Below, one piece after another: positions 20,629-29,747 of a DNA stretch of 64,000 nt. This stretch comes from a virus. Position 1 is the first letter of the stretch, and each line of letters starts with the position of its first letter. A program made the translations under genes and the position numbers. The notes under the pieces are model-generated. The model ran no database searches and had not been told where the DNA came from. It worked only from the letters and a program-made list of their open reading frames with translations. The stretch lies in the IMG/VR virus record IMGVR_UViG_3300042863_000147, positions 1-64,000 of that record. One strand, written 5' to 3'.

Positions 20629-21306
20629 TTAGTTATTAGAAACGCTTACAATACCTGCGGCTGCTGAACCTAATGTCCATCCTGCTGCTGCACCATCTAC
20701 AAATACGAACGAACCAGATGCTGTAGATTGTGTCAATACTGCACGACGAGCAGTTAACTTCTTAACAAAGTATGTGCTACCGTTTGTGTCAGCTGCAATG
20801 ATATTCATTTCACCAGATGCAATAGTTGGAGTTGCAACTAGTTTGCAAATTGCACGACCGTCAGCAGTGTTAACTAGATAACGCTTAGAACCTTCTTGCT
20901 TCTTGATATCAAATAGTTTTGCACTTCCGCCTGGAACCCATGCAAGACCTCTAATAGCATTTTGTAATGTTGTAGTTAGTACTGCAACACCAGTACCAGT
21001 AGTACCGACAGTTGCTGCAAATACTACTGTTGGAGCAGCAGTGTATCCAGTACCAGCAGTATCAATTGTAACGCTGGTTACTGTGTTTCCAGTTTTAACT
21101 GGAGTACCAGCAGCAGTTACGCCGCCTGGAATTTGAGGTGCCGAGAATAGAACTGTTACAGTTCCTGTGCTAACTGTCAAACTAGATGTTGACAATGTGA
21201 TGCTAGCAACGCCTTCGCCGCCTAGGCCTGTTGTACCACCTACGGCTTGGTTAGAATACGGTGAGTTTGTATTACCAAAAAACTTTTCTTTAATTGGACG
21301 TCCCAT
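20629..21306 (-). CDS. Probable head-associated or decoration protein
   Basis: 225 aa, directly downstream of the major capsid gene. Has its own late promoter, an AAGGAG RBS and a terminator; contains a GTGYTAAPTV module. Confidence 0.55.
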   Translation of the reverse strand: MGRPIKEKFFGNTNSPYSNQAVGGTTGLGGEGVASITLSTSSLTVSTGTVTVLFSAPQIPGGVTAAGTPVKTGNTVTSVTIDTAGTGYTAAPTVVFAATVGTTGTGVAVLTTTLQNAIRGLAWVPGGSAKLFDIKKQEGSKRYLVNTADGRAICKLVATPTIASGEMNIIAADTNGSTYFVKKLTARRAVLTQSTASGSFVFVDGAAAGWTLGSAAAGIVSVSNN

Positions 21307-21325
21307 TTTATTTCTCCTTATGTTA

Positions 21326-21380
21326 AGATCGTTCTATGATCTACGCGGATGGTACCGCATAAAACCCTTACGGGCGAACA
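21326..21380 (-). promoter_or_regulatory. Candidate structured 5' leader RNA (three-way junction)
   Basis: GTTC/GAAC closing stem, CCC-GTAA-GGG GNRA hairpin and TATGCGG/CCGCGTA stem, all between the promoter at 21385-21392 and the RBS. Confidence 0.5.
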
Positions 21381-21384
21381 ATGT

Positions 21385-21392
21385 TATTTATT
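21385..21392 (-). promoter_or_regulatory. Late promoter (AATAAATA)
   Basis: TAAATA core just past the capsid terminator. Confidence 0.65.
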
Positions 21393-21400
21393 GAATGGAC

Positions 21401-21430
21401 AACAAAAAACCCGCCGAAGCGGGTCTTTGT
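21401..21430 (-). terminator. Rho-independent terminator of the capsid operon
   Basis: ACCCGC-TTCG-GCGGGT-TTTTTGTT; cUUCGg tetraloop as in T4 terminators. Confidence 0.9.
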
Positions 21431-21456
21431 TGTGGTTTATAAGACCAAGTAACAGA

Positions 21457-22638
21457 TTACTTGAAGCTTACGCTTGAGCTAGAGATAGCAACTTTACCTA
21501 AGTAGTCAGCTGCATTACCTAGAGACGAAGCAGTGTTGTTCAACTCGACATAGCCGTAGCGTGTCAAGAAGCCAACTACTGGCTCGAATGTTGCTGGGTC
21601 AAGAACAACACCAGAGCTCATTAGAGGAATGTATGGGCAATAGAACGCAGCAGCATCTGCTTCGCTAGTACCTTTGTATCCAATAAGGATTTGGTTGTTG
21701 TCGTTTGTGTCGCTCATGTATGCATCAACATAGATACGCATTGCACCGTTCAATGTACCAACGAACTTAGTGTTTGTTGGAGCTTCGAATGTACCTTCTG
21801 TAGTACGAGCAAAAGCAGAAGTTGTTGCAGACTGAAGGATCGTTAGAGCCTGGTTAGAAACAACAGCCCAGTTACCTGCGCCACGACGTGTGCGTTGAGC
21901 AATCAAGTTGCTTACGCGGTTGATTTGGATAGCCAAAGCAGCGTGTTCGTCACCAACGAATGTAGCAGTACCGCTAACTAAAGATTGGTCATATGTTTCT
22001 TCAACAGATGCCAAGCTACGTAGGGAAGCTAGGATTTCTTGGTCGATTTCAGCTGTGATTTCTTGTGCTAGAGCAGCCATGATTTCTGCTTCGATGTCAA
22101 TACCTTGTTGGGCTTGTGCATCTTGTGCAGCCTCGAATGTCCAACGAGCGCTTAGTTTACGAGACTTAGCTTCGACTGGAGTCTTCAAGATTTGAATGCT
22201 CATACGCTTACCTGGCTGTCCTTCTAGCGCCGCTGTAGTAGCTGCACCAGCTGTAGCACTGTTGTTACCAGAGTAAGCAGCAGCAATCTTGAATGGGCTT
22301 AGAGCTTCTTCACCTGCTGTTACAACATCTCCAGATGCAACACCGTCAGCATAACGAACTCTTAGAGTGTGGATCTGTGCAACAGGTCCAGTCATTGGCT
22401 GAACGCCAATGATTTCGTTAGCAATAACTGTCGGCATAACACGACGAATTACTGGAAGGATAACACGGTTAAGTGTTGCGATATTACCAGCACTTGTAGC
22501 ACCAGCGGTTGCGCTTTCAGCCAAGTGGCGGCGTGTATTTTCTAGGCAAACTGCCATAGAAGACTTACGGGTACCGGATAGGCCTTCAAGCAGAGCTTCT
22601 TTGGTCTCTGACCATCTTTCGTTTAATAGTTGTGACAT
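21457..22638 (-). CDS. gp23: Major capsid protein (T4 gp23-like)
   Basis: PVIRRVMPTVIANEIIGVQPMTGP, VEAKSRKLSARWTFEAAQD, EITAEIDQEI, FYCPYIPL, TRYG. Confidence 0.97.
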   Translation of the reverse strand: MSQLLNERWSETKEALLEGLSGTRKSSMAVCLENTRRHLAESATAGATSAGNIATLNRVILPVIRRVMPTVIANEIIGVQPMTGPVAQIHTLRVRYADGVASGDVVTAGEEALSPFKIAAAYSGNNSATAGAATTAALEGQPGKRMSIQILKTPVEAKSRKLSARWTFEAAQDAQAQQGIDIEAEIMAALAQEITAEIDQEILASLRSLASVEETYDQSLVSGTATFVGDEHAALAIQINRVSNLIAQRTRRGAGNWAVVSNQALTILQSATTSAFARTTEGTFEAPTNTKFVGTLNGAMRIYVDAYMSDTNDNNQILIGYKGTSEADAAAFYCPYIPLMSSGVVLDPATFEPVVGFLTRYGYVELNNTASSLGNAADYLGKVAISSSSVSFK

Positions 22639-22653
22639 TTATGTCTCCTTGAA

Positions 22654-23742
22654 TTATTTTGTAAGACCCGCTAACTTGCGGATGTCTACAATATTGTCTA
22701 AGCCTACCTCTGGCTTGCTTTCACGATTTCCAGTAACAGATGTTCCTTCGGCCAACATAGCTTTTTTAGCTACAGGCTTAGCACCGTCCATTACTGCGGG
22801 TAGGTATTTCTCAAATGCAGAATGCAACTTTGGAGTCTGAATTGACTCTAAAAGGTCTTGCATTACTACTCTCTTTTCACCAGCTAGTGGTGATAGCAAT
22901 TCTGCCATAACGTTCTTGCGTTCCATTAGATCTTTAGTAACACGAATTTCGCGTTGTGCAGATTCTACTAGATTTGCTTTTTCCGATACGACTTGATTTG
23001 CTTCTGCTAGTTCTTGATCTTTCTTAGCGATGATCTTTAACAATTTACTTGTTTCAGATTTTTCGTTTAGGAAGGAACCAGAATATTCTTGTGCAAATGC
23101 TTCATACAAACGACGACCAAAGTCATTGTTGCGAGCGCTGTCAATATCTTCTTTTAACTGATGAATTTCAGTTGTTAGTTTCTTAGTAACAGTTGCTTCA
23201 ACAACTTTTGCGGAACGTTTAATGAACGTTTGTTTAATTTCATCAAACTTGCTCTTAGCTTCACGAACTAACTTAACTTTCGTTTCAGCTAGATCCTTCT
23301 TGTCTGATGCAAATTCACTGATTTCTTTTGCAAGAGCATGTACTACAAACTGCTCTAACTTTCCAAAGTTCTCAGAAACTTTCTTACGGTCTCCTTGAAA
23401 TTCGACTAATTCTTTGCCTAGTTGAGTAATAACAAAACCTTCTAACTTCTTAGCGTCGCCAGCAATACGTTGTTGGTATTGTGTCTTTGCTTCGGCTAGT
23501 GCCTTCTTATCATTGTACAACTCGGCCATTTCTGCGGCCAATCTGTCGCTTAACATCTTGTCGATTGCTTCAACCATAACACTCTTGTCATGATTGTACT
23601 TCTGTGCAAATTCTTCTCGAAGTTGAGCGGTAACTTGGTCGCGATTCTCTTGAATCTTTTGAGTGAAGGCAGCTTCGACAGCAGACTTAACGTCTTCTGA
23701 CATAACTCCTGACTCTACTAATTGTTTGAATGCGTCCAACAT
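22654..23742 (-). CDS. gp22: Prohead core scaffold protein (gp22-like)
   Basis: 362-aa E/K-rich coiled coil between the protease and capsid genes. Confidence 0.8.
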   Translation of the reverse strand: MLDAFKQLVESGVMSEDVKSAVEAAFTQKIQENRDQVTAQLREEFAQKYNHDKSVMVEAIDKMLSDRLAAEMAELYNDKKALAEAKTQYQQRIAGDAKKLEGFVITQLGKELVEFQGDRKKVSENFGKLEQFVVHALAKEISEFASDKKDLAETKVKLVREAKSKFDEIKQTFIKRSAKVVEATVTKKLTTEIHQLKEDIDSARNNDFGRRLYEAFAQEYSGSFLNEKSETSKLLKIIAKKDQELAEANQVVSEKANLVESAQREIRVTKDLMERKNVMAELLSPLAGEKRVVMQDLLESIQTPKLHSAFEKYLPAVMDGAKPVAKKAMLAEGTSVTGNRESKPEVGLDNIVDIRKLAGLTK

Positions 23743-23758
23743 TTATTTCTCCTCGGGC

Positions 23759-24388
23759 TTATTTTAGACCTTTAATAATTTGCAAGAGAGACTCCTGCAA
23801 ATATTTCTGGGCCTTTGGATCTTCTTTTACTTCTTGTGCAACTTTAAATGCTTTCATTCCACCACGAGCATTCATTAAATGTTCGTAAACAGGTGTAGGG
23901 TAAGCTCCAGGTGCGCTTGGTTGTGCAACTATATCAACGGTAATGATTTCAAAGTCGGAAACTTTACCGCTCATCTCGTCAACGTTTCCGCTGCCACGTG
24001 AGCTTACGCCAAGTTTCACACCGGCTTCGAGCATTGTACGAATTAAGTTGCCCATTGGTGTTGGCAAGATTTTAAACTTACCATAACCGTTAGGACCTTC
24101 CATCCACATGTTTGTAATCATGTGACTGACACGGTCCAAATTTACTTTAAGGTCATCTGGGTGATCAACTTCACCTAAAACAGAATAACCGTTCTGAATC
24201 TGATCGTTAAGTGTTTTCACAGCACGTTCAATTTCATCTACAGGATAGACTCGTTGATTAGCATTGCGAATGCCACCTTGAATAGCAATACCCTTCAAAT
24301 GAAGGTTCTTGCCATCCTTGTCGTCCGACTCAAGAATGATGCCGGACTGATCAAAACTTAGGTGTTCTCTTAGATAAGAATGTTTCAT
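23759..24388 (-). CDS. gp21: Prohead protease (gp21-like)
   Basis: NANQRVYP, LGEVDHP, GVSSRGSG, DIVAQPSAPGA. Confidence 0.95.
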   Translation of the reverse strand: MKHSYLREHLSFDQSGIILESDDKDGKNLHLKGIAIQGGIRNANQRVYPVDEIERAVKTLNDQIQNGYSVLGEVDHPDDLKVNLDRVSHMITNMWMEGPNGYGKFKILPTPMGNLIRTMLEAGVKLGVSSRGSGNVDEMSGKVSDFEIITVDIVAQPSAPGAYPTPVYEHLMNARGGMKAFKVAQEVKEDPKAQKYLQESLLQIIKGLK

Positions 24389-24401
24389 CCAGATTCTCTA
24401 A

Positions 24402-25406
24402 TTATAGCTTCTTCAAGAACTGAGGGATGTTAGCGATACTAGTTTGACCAGCTTTGTCGCCTGTACCGGAACCAACTGGTCCAGGACCTGCACCTTTCTT
24501 CTCAGCGCCATGGCCACCGGCAACTTTACCTAGTGTCTTAACACCAGACTTTTTGCCTTCAACATTGTGAATTCCGGCTGCAAATTTTTCGCTGCTTTCT
24601 GGGTTAATCCCTTTGTTAACTTTACCCGGACTTGTACCTTTGTCAGTTCCGCCTTCTGTGTGGCTTTGTGCAAGATTCTTTGCAGATGCACCACTTGTTG
24701 GCTTACCAGAACCACTGCTAATTGGGCTACGACCTTCTACAGGTGCGCCTTCTTTATCACCAGAACCAGAACCGATATATTGTCCTTGAGTTTTTTGTGT
24801 GCTACCTTTGTCCCAGTTTGTTCCAACTGTTTCGGTATATTCACGTGTCATACGACGACCTTCTTGGAAACCCATTTTCATAGGCTCTTCTTCGCCGCCC
24901 ATGTCATCCATTCCACCTTCGTCATCAAACTCGTCGCCACCCATGTCGCCACCTTGAGATGCTTCAAGTTCAGCAAATGCAGCTTCTAGGTCAGCGATTG
25001 CATTCTTGATGTCAAAAATTGCACTTTCTTCGCCACCTTCGGCTCCGTCCATTTCGTCGTCGGCTGCGCCAACTTCTGCTCCGAAGTCACCAGTTTCTTC
25101 TTCTCCTGGCATACCTTCTTCGTCGTCAGCTTCCATGCTGTAAGAATCTTCTAGATCAACGGACTCGTCCATATCGTCATCGACTGCTTCTTCAACATCA
25201 TCGTCCATACTTTCTTCGACATCGTCGTCGGCGGACTCGTCCATATCGTCATCGACTGCTTCTTCAACGTCAGCTTCTGCTTCTTCAGCAATTAAATTCT
25301 CATAGATATCTCTTGACTTCTCAACAACGATTTCATGGAATAGCTCGTTAGCTTTATCCATTTCTTCATTGACGATTAAGTCTAATAGTTGTTCAAACTT
25401 AGACAT
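24402..25406 (-). CDS. Highly acidic prohead core protein
   Basis: 334 aa with a D/E-rich N-half and G/K-rich C-half; occupies the position of T4 gp67/gp68. Confidence 0.65.
   Translation of the reverse strand: MSKFEQLLDLIVNEEMDKANELFHEIVVEKSRDIYENLIAEEAEADVEEAVDDDMDESADDDVEESMDDDVEEAVDDDMDESVDLEDSYSMEADDEEGMPGEEETGDFGAEVGAADDEMDGAEGGEESAIFDIKNAIADLEAAFAELEASQGGDMGGDEFDDEGGMDDMGGEEEPMKMGFQEGRRMTREYTETVGTNWDKGSTQKTQGQYIGSGSGDKEGAPVEGRSPISSGSGKPTSGASAKNLAQSHTEGGTDKGTSPGKVNKGINPESSEKFAAGIHNVEGKKSGVKTLGKVAGGHGAEKKGAGPGPVGSGTGDKAGQTSIANIPQFLKKL
25160..25268 (-). repeat. Exact 37-bp direct repeat (25160-25196 and 25232-25268)
   Basis: cggactcgtccatatcgtcatcgactgcttcttcaac twice, 72-bp period; encodes VEEAVDDDMDES. 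Confidence 0.85.
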
Positions 25407-25450
25407 GCGGTTATCTCCTATATTAGTTTAGCGGCAAGGCTTTGTGTTGT

Positions 25451-25458
25451 TATTTACA
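25451..25458 (-). promoter_or_regulatory. Late promoter (TGTAAATA) for the core/protease/capsid operon
   Basis: TAAATA core upstream of the AGGAG RBS of 25406. Confidence 0.6.
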
Positions 25459-25582
25459 TGAGATTGTAGATAGGCATACGAAATAGGCCTAAAATAGGCT
25501 ATTTCGAACAAAATCAGAAAGATTTTTTGCAAATGTGTTAAAAATATTTAAACTTTTTATAATAAATTTAAATTATGAGTTA

Positions 25583-25828
25583 TTATACTGCTGCGGCATC
25601 AGGGGGAGGAGCAGCGTACATTTTTCGAACTAATGCCAATTCTTCTTTTTGTTCTAACTCTCGTGCATCACCTGCTTTGCGCAAATCATTTAACATTCGG
25701 AGAGTTAATCGAGTTTTTCTAGTGTCGCCAGATTTTAAAACGCTAGTATCATTGTGCGAGTTATATCGATTGTCGTCAGCCATTTCAGCTTGATTCTTAT
25801 CAAAATAAATAAATTCTCTTAAAAACAT
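25583..25828 (-). CDS. Small head-module protein
   Basis: 81 aa downstream of the portal; TAAATA 5 nt upstream of the ATG. Confidence 0.65.
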   Translation of the reverse strand: MFLREFIYFDKNQAEMADDNRYNSHNDTSVLKSGDTRKTRLTLRMLNDLRKAGDARELEQKEELALVRKMYAAPPPDAAAV

Positions 25829-25836
25829 AGTAGTAT

Positions 25837-27552
25837 TTATGCTGGAGGCGGAGTTGCGCTTGGTTGTGCTTCAGCACTACCTTCTTCACCCGGTAACGGT
25901 GCAGAAGTTGCACCCGATATTGCACTAAGGTCTGCTCCCATTCCGTTTGCTGTAATACCTACACTGCGTAGTTCAGCAGTAGCAGGCAGCTCAGTATCGG
26001 CATCTATATTTTCTTCTTTCCACATATTTTCGTTTTCTGCCATTTCTTCTGCTGTTAAGCCTAAGAAACGTTTCAATGCAAATCGCTTACTTAAATGAGG
26101 AATTGCAGCAACTGCGCCGTATGTTCCTACTCTTGCAGTGTCCATTTCAGTCTGACGATATGCTGCAAAGTTCTGCGGAGGATTAAATTTAACATCGAAA
26201 ATATTGCTATCAACGTTAATGCCTTTATTGTGTAGATACAATTTAAATTCTGTATCAAAGTGCTCATTCATTAGACTTTGTAGTCGCTCGCAGTATTTGT
26301 TGAATCGCAATTCTTGGATGTAGGCTGTTCCAACTCGACCATCATTGAAGCTAGATCCTCCGTCGTCAGCGCCGGTCGGAAGATAACTGCTAGGTATGCG
26401 TAAAGCCCTAAACAACTTATTAGTAAAATATCTAAGATCATCAATTTCTCCTAGGTTAGTACCGCCTGGTAAGACTTCAACTTTACTGCCACGGCCTTCT
26501 GCTGTTTGTGGAAAAAAGTAATCTTCATTGATGCTTAACGGATTGTATCCAGCATCGATTACTGTTTGACCACCGCCCGTTACACTTGGAATACGGCGTT
26601 GATTAACTTCGTTTTTAACACGTTCGACAAAACCCATTGCCAAGTGACTTGGCATGTTACCTACGTCAATATAGAATACACGACGTTCTGGCGCACGTTG
26701 AATACGATAGATAATGATAGCATCTTCTAGCAATTCTTTTTGCTTATATACTTTAAAGATAGACTCTAATAAACTAGTTCCGAACGGAAAATTATTGTCT
26801 AATCCTTCACTTAGGCTAATATGAATAACGTGTCTTGCATCGATATTGTATTGATTTTCTGTTTTAGAAAATCTATTTCCGTTTAAATTTGTAGGAAATG
26901 CGCCAGTCATTCCTCTTGATCCGCCTGCACCGCCTTGGCCAGCAGCGTAACTACTGGCATATTGACTTCCGCCACCTGTAACATTACTAGGACTAATAGC
27001 AGTAGTTGCAAGTGTTTCTAAATTAGGATTAAAATCACGAATGACATATTGCTCAGGTTTCTTTCCTTCGCTTTCATTAACAATAATTCTATCAACTTTT
27101 TGCGGATCTACGTACATCCATGATTGTGTTTCGGGGTCACGAACGAAAAATACGTCACCATATTTGAATACATTGCGTACAACTTTGAAAATTCGTTTGT
27201 CAAATTTATTAAGTTTAGTCCATTGTTGCATGAACTTTTTAATAATTTTTACTTCGGTAGAAGTTGCTTGTTCTTTAAAAAATATCCGAAACGGGGTCCC
27301 ATTTTCGTCATTAGTCTGACTGCAAAATTCAGCCAATATGTCAAGTGCGGCATTTACTTCACTGTCTGCATCCATAGTGTCGTACTGCCCGTAACGTTCT
27401 AATCGGTTAGGATGACCTGAATAGACATCTGGAAGGTAACTAGAATAATTTCGATGTGTGGGATTAGCTCGGCTATCTGCATTAACAGACCCGCTTACAG
27501 GACTTAATTGTCCTGAAGTATCAACTAAAGTGAAGTATTTTTTCCATGCCAT
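25837..27552 (-). CDS. gp20: Portal protein (gp20-like)
   Basis: LLEDAIIIYRIQRAPERRVFYIDVGNMP, EDYFFP..EGRGSKVEVLPGG, LFRALRIPSS. Confidence 0.97.
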   Translation of the reverse strand: MAWKKYFTLVDTSGQLSPVSGSVNADSRANPTHRNYSSYLPDVYSGHPNRLERYGQYDTMDADSEVNAALDILAEFCSQTNDENGTPFRIFFKEQATSTEVKIIKKFMQQWTKLNKFDKRIFKVVRNVFKYGDVFFVRDPETQSWMYVDPQKVDRIIVNESEGKKPEQYVIRDFNPNLETLATTAISPSNVTGGGSQYASSYAAGQGGAGGSRGMTGAFPTNLNGNRFSKTENQYNIDARHVIHISLSEGLDNNFPFGTSLLESIFKVYKQKELLEDAIIIYRIQRAPERRVFYIDVGNMPSHLAMGFVERVKNEVNQRRIPSVTGGGQTVIDAGYNPLSINEDYFFPQTAEGRGSKVEVLPGGTNLGEIDDLRYFTNKLFRALRIPSSYLPTGADDGGSSFNDGRVGTAYIQELRFNKYCERLQSLMNEHFDTEFKLYLHNKGINVDSNIFDVKFNPPQNFAAYRQTEMDTARVGTYGAVAAIPHLSKRFALKRFLGLTAEEMAENENMWKEENIDADTELPATAELRSVGITANGMGADLSAISGATSAPLPGEEGSAEAQPSATPPPA

Positions 27553-27555
27553 AAT

Positions 27556-29676
27556 TTAAAATTTGAATAAGTCCCCGCTCAAAGATCTTGTAGCATCGTA
27601 GTTTCTTCTACTAAACTCTGCTGTCTCTTTCAAGTACGTTATTACATCCGCTGTTTGTTTATTTAATGTCTGTAGCTCAGTCTTTAAACTTTCTAAATGA
27701 TACAATGGTATAATAGCTTCAGATCCTGCTTCACCTGCTTCGACTATTGTTGGTTGTGTAACAACGCCGCCACTGGCCATCTTTTGCGGGCCCGCAATTG
27801 CTTCACCGCCCATTCTTCCGGCAGTTCCTCCACCGTAGCCACCAATTAAGCCACCAATTAACGCACCAATTGGTCCAAACATTGCTCCAGCTGCTGCACC
27901 TGCAACTGCACCGGCTAGTCCGCCTGCGGTTTCTCCAACTGCGCCGCCTCTCTGTTTTGATGCTTCTTCTTTAGATATAGATCCTGCTTTTTCTTGTTCA
28001 GATACATTGCTTAATTCACCAGCTAACATTAGTCCGCCTAGTACAGTACCTGCAAGTCCTAGCTTTTTAACAAGACTACCTGCTCCTTTTCTGCCCCCGC
28101 CACCGCCTGCTCCTCCGGCAGCATCTTTTAGAGCTTCAGCTGTCTTGGCAGCGGTAAATTGCTTAATAGCAAGGACGGCTGCACCTAATGCAATTGCTAA
28201 TCCACCAAATCCAAAAGTTAATGTATCAAATCCTTTAACTACTTTAGACAGTGCTGTTGCTAACCCATTAACAACAGGAGTTAATAATGATACAATAGGA
28301 CCGAGTAAATTGTTAATTGCTTGTCCAAATTCTTGCATTGATTTTTGAGAAGCTACTGCTCGGGCAGCTTCGCTTGCTGCAAGTTCTTTCTTCTTTGCTT
28401 CAGTATCTAATGCTCTAGCATATGATTCATCGTCTTGCTTTGCAGATCTGTTGGCTCGACCTTGGCTTTCCTGAATTTGTTTTGCAGTCTCACTGCCCAT
28501 TGCACCCATAGCGTATTGCATTGCTAACGGGAATTTCTTGACATCTTGCTCGTTTGCTCGTATTCCTTTTACTAACTCTTTATTTTGATCTTGTACTGTC
28601 TTTGTACTATCTGTAACGTTCTTTGCAGATCGCATCACAGACTCGTTAGTCTTTCCCATAGTAGCAGTAAATGCTTGAGCTTCTTTTGTTATAGGAGGAA
28701 CGCCCATAACTTTAGATTGGAAAGCATCTGCTGCACCTTTACCGCCCACTGCTAATGCATTTGCTAGGCCCGCAATTGCTTTTTTCTTTTCTTCCTCACT
28801 CATGCCTGCTAGTTTAGCTTCCCATGCAGAGTTCTTGGCTTTTTCTTTTAATTCGTTTTCAGCTTCTGTTCTACTTTTTCCAGTTATTTCAGCTAGCATA
28901 TCTAACTGAGTTAAGTATTCTCCAGAACTTTTAATAATTGCAGCTGAATTTTGTAGCTCTGCTTTACTGCGACCACCAGTCATCGAAATGTAGTTTGCCA
29001 TTCCTTGATTGACTTGTTCGGTAGTATAACCCAAGTTTCGCAGATCATTACCTAACTGACTCTTGTTTAACGTATTAGACAATGCTACAAATGCCTTAGC
29101 TCCGTCATTTGTAGTACCACCCATTCTTGCAAATGTATCACTATTAGTCTTCATTAGATTTTGAAATTGATCTAATGTCAAATAAGTGTTAAGTGCTGCT
29201 TGACGCATCTGAGTCAAACTTCCGCCAAAATTTACTCCTGCAGAAGTAATATCCTGATACATTGACAAGTTCTTTTCTTGGAACTCAGCAAGGCGTCTTA
29301 GACCGGTAGCTACTACACCTAATATTCCAGGCAGCTGTTCAAATGCACTAAAAACGTTGCTTACTTGTGCAGTACCGTCTGTTAAACTTTTAATCAGCGG
29401 GCTAATACTACCATCTAGTACTCTGATCTTAATTGCAGTTTCTGTACCAGCTGTTGCTAACTTACTGAATACACTAGTCGATTGCTTTACATTTGTATTC
29501 ATTGCAGCAACTGCCGCTGGATCTAACCCGGCCTTAGTTGCTAATTCTTTGATTGCATCTTTTTGTGCTTTAGTAGTTGATAACGTAGCCTGGAGAATTA
29601 ACCGTAAGGTTGCTTCTGTAGCTGCGTTGTTTAACTCTACATAGTCATTACCAATCGATCCGGTGACGTCTGCCAT
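27556..29676 (-). CDS. Tape-measure-like protein (probable start 29676, not 29745)
   Basis: Ala-rich helical protein with a hydrophobic segment, a glycine zipper and a C-terminal ASGGVVTQPT..GEAGSEAIIPL motif. The late promoter at 29730-29737 lies inside the longer ORF call. Confidence 0.7.
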   Translation of the reverse strand: MADVTGSIGNDYVELNNAATEATLRLILQATLSTTKAQKDAIKELATKAGLDPAAVAAMNTNVKQSTSVFSKLATAGTETAIKIRVLDGSISPLIKSLTDGTAQVSNVFSAFEQLPGILGVVATGLRRLAEFQEKNLSMYQDITSAGVNFGGSLTQMRQAALNTYLTLDQFQNLMKTNSDTFARMGGTTNDGAKAFVALSNTLNKSQLGNDLRNLGYTTEQVNQGMANYISMTGGRSKAELQNSAAIIKSSGEYLTQLDMLAEITGKSRTEAENELKEKAKNSAWEAKLAGMSEEEKKKAIAGLANALAVGGKGAADAFQSKVMGVPPITKEAQAFTATMGKTNESVMRSAKNVTDSTKTVQDQNKELVKGIRANEQDVKKFPLAMQYAMGAMGSETAKQIQESQGRANRSAKQDDESYARALDTEAKKKELAASEAARAVASQKSMQEFGQAINNLLGPIVSLLTPVVNGLATALSKVVKGFDTLTFGFGGLAIALGAAVLAIKQFTAAKTAEALKDAAGGAGGGGGRKGAGSLVKKLGLAGTVLGGLMLAGELSNVSEQEKAGSISKEEASKQRGGAVGETAGGLAGAVAGAAAGAMFGPIGALIGGLIGGYGGGTAGRMGGEAIAGPQKMASGGVVTQPTIVEAGEAGSEAIIPLYHLESLKTELQTLNKQTADVITYLKETAEFSRRNYDATRSLSGDLFKF

Positions 29677-29700
29677 TGTATATTCGGGGTTATCTGCGTA

Positions 29701-29737
29701 GATAAATAAGTCATCTATTCCACAATGTTTATTTATC
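29701..29737. promoter_or_regulatory. Face-to-face pair of late promoters (GATAAATA + at 29701-29708, GATAAATA - at 29730-29737)
   Basis: Inverted repeat gataaataa/ttatttatc between divergent genes. Confidence 0.65.
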
Positions 29738-29747
29738 GGAGACACAA

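Noticed and set aside
1004-21394. Many plus-strand ORFs of 60-200 aa rich in V/P/T/A
   Set aside because: They are antisense shadows of repetitive minus-strand genes, with no RBS or promoter support
29677-29745. 23-aa N-terminal extension of the tape-measure-like ORF
   Set aside because: It overlaps both late promoters; the ATG at 29676 is the more plausible start
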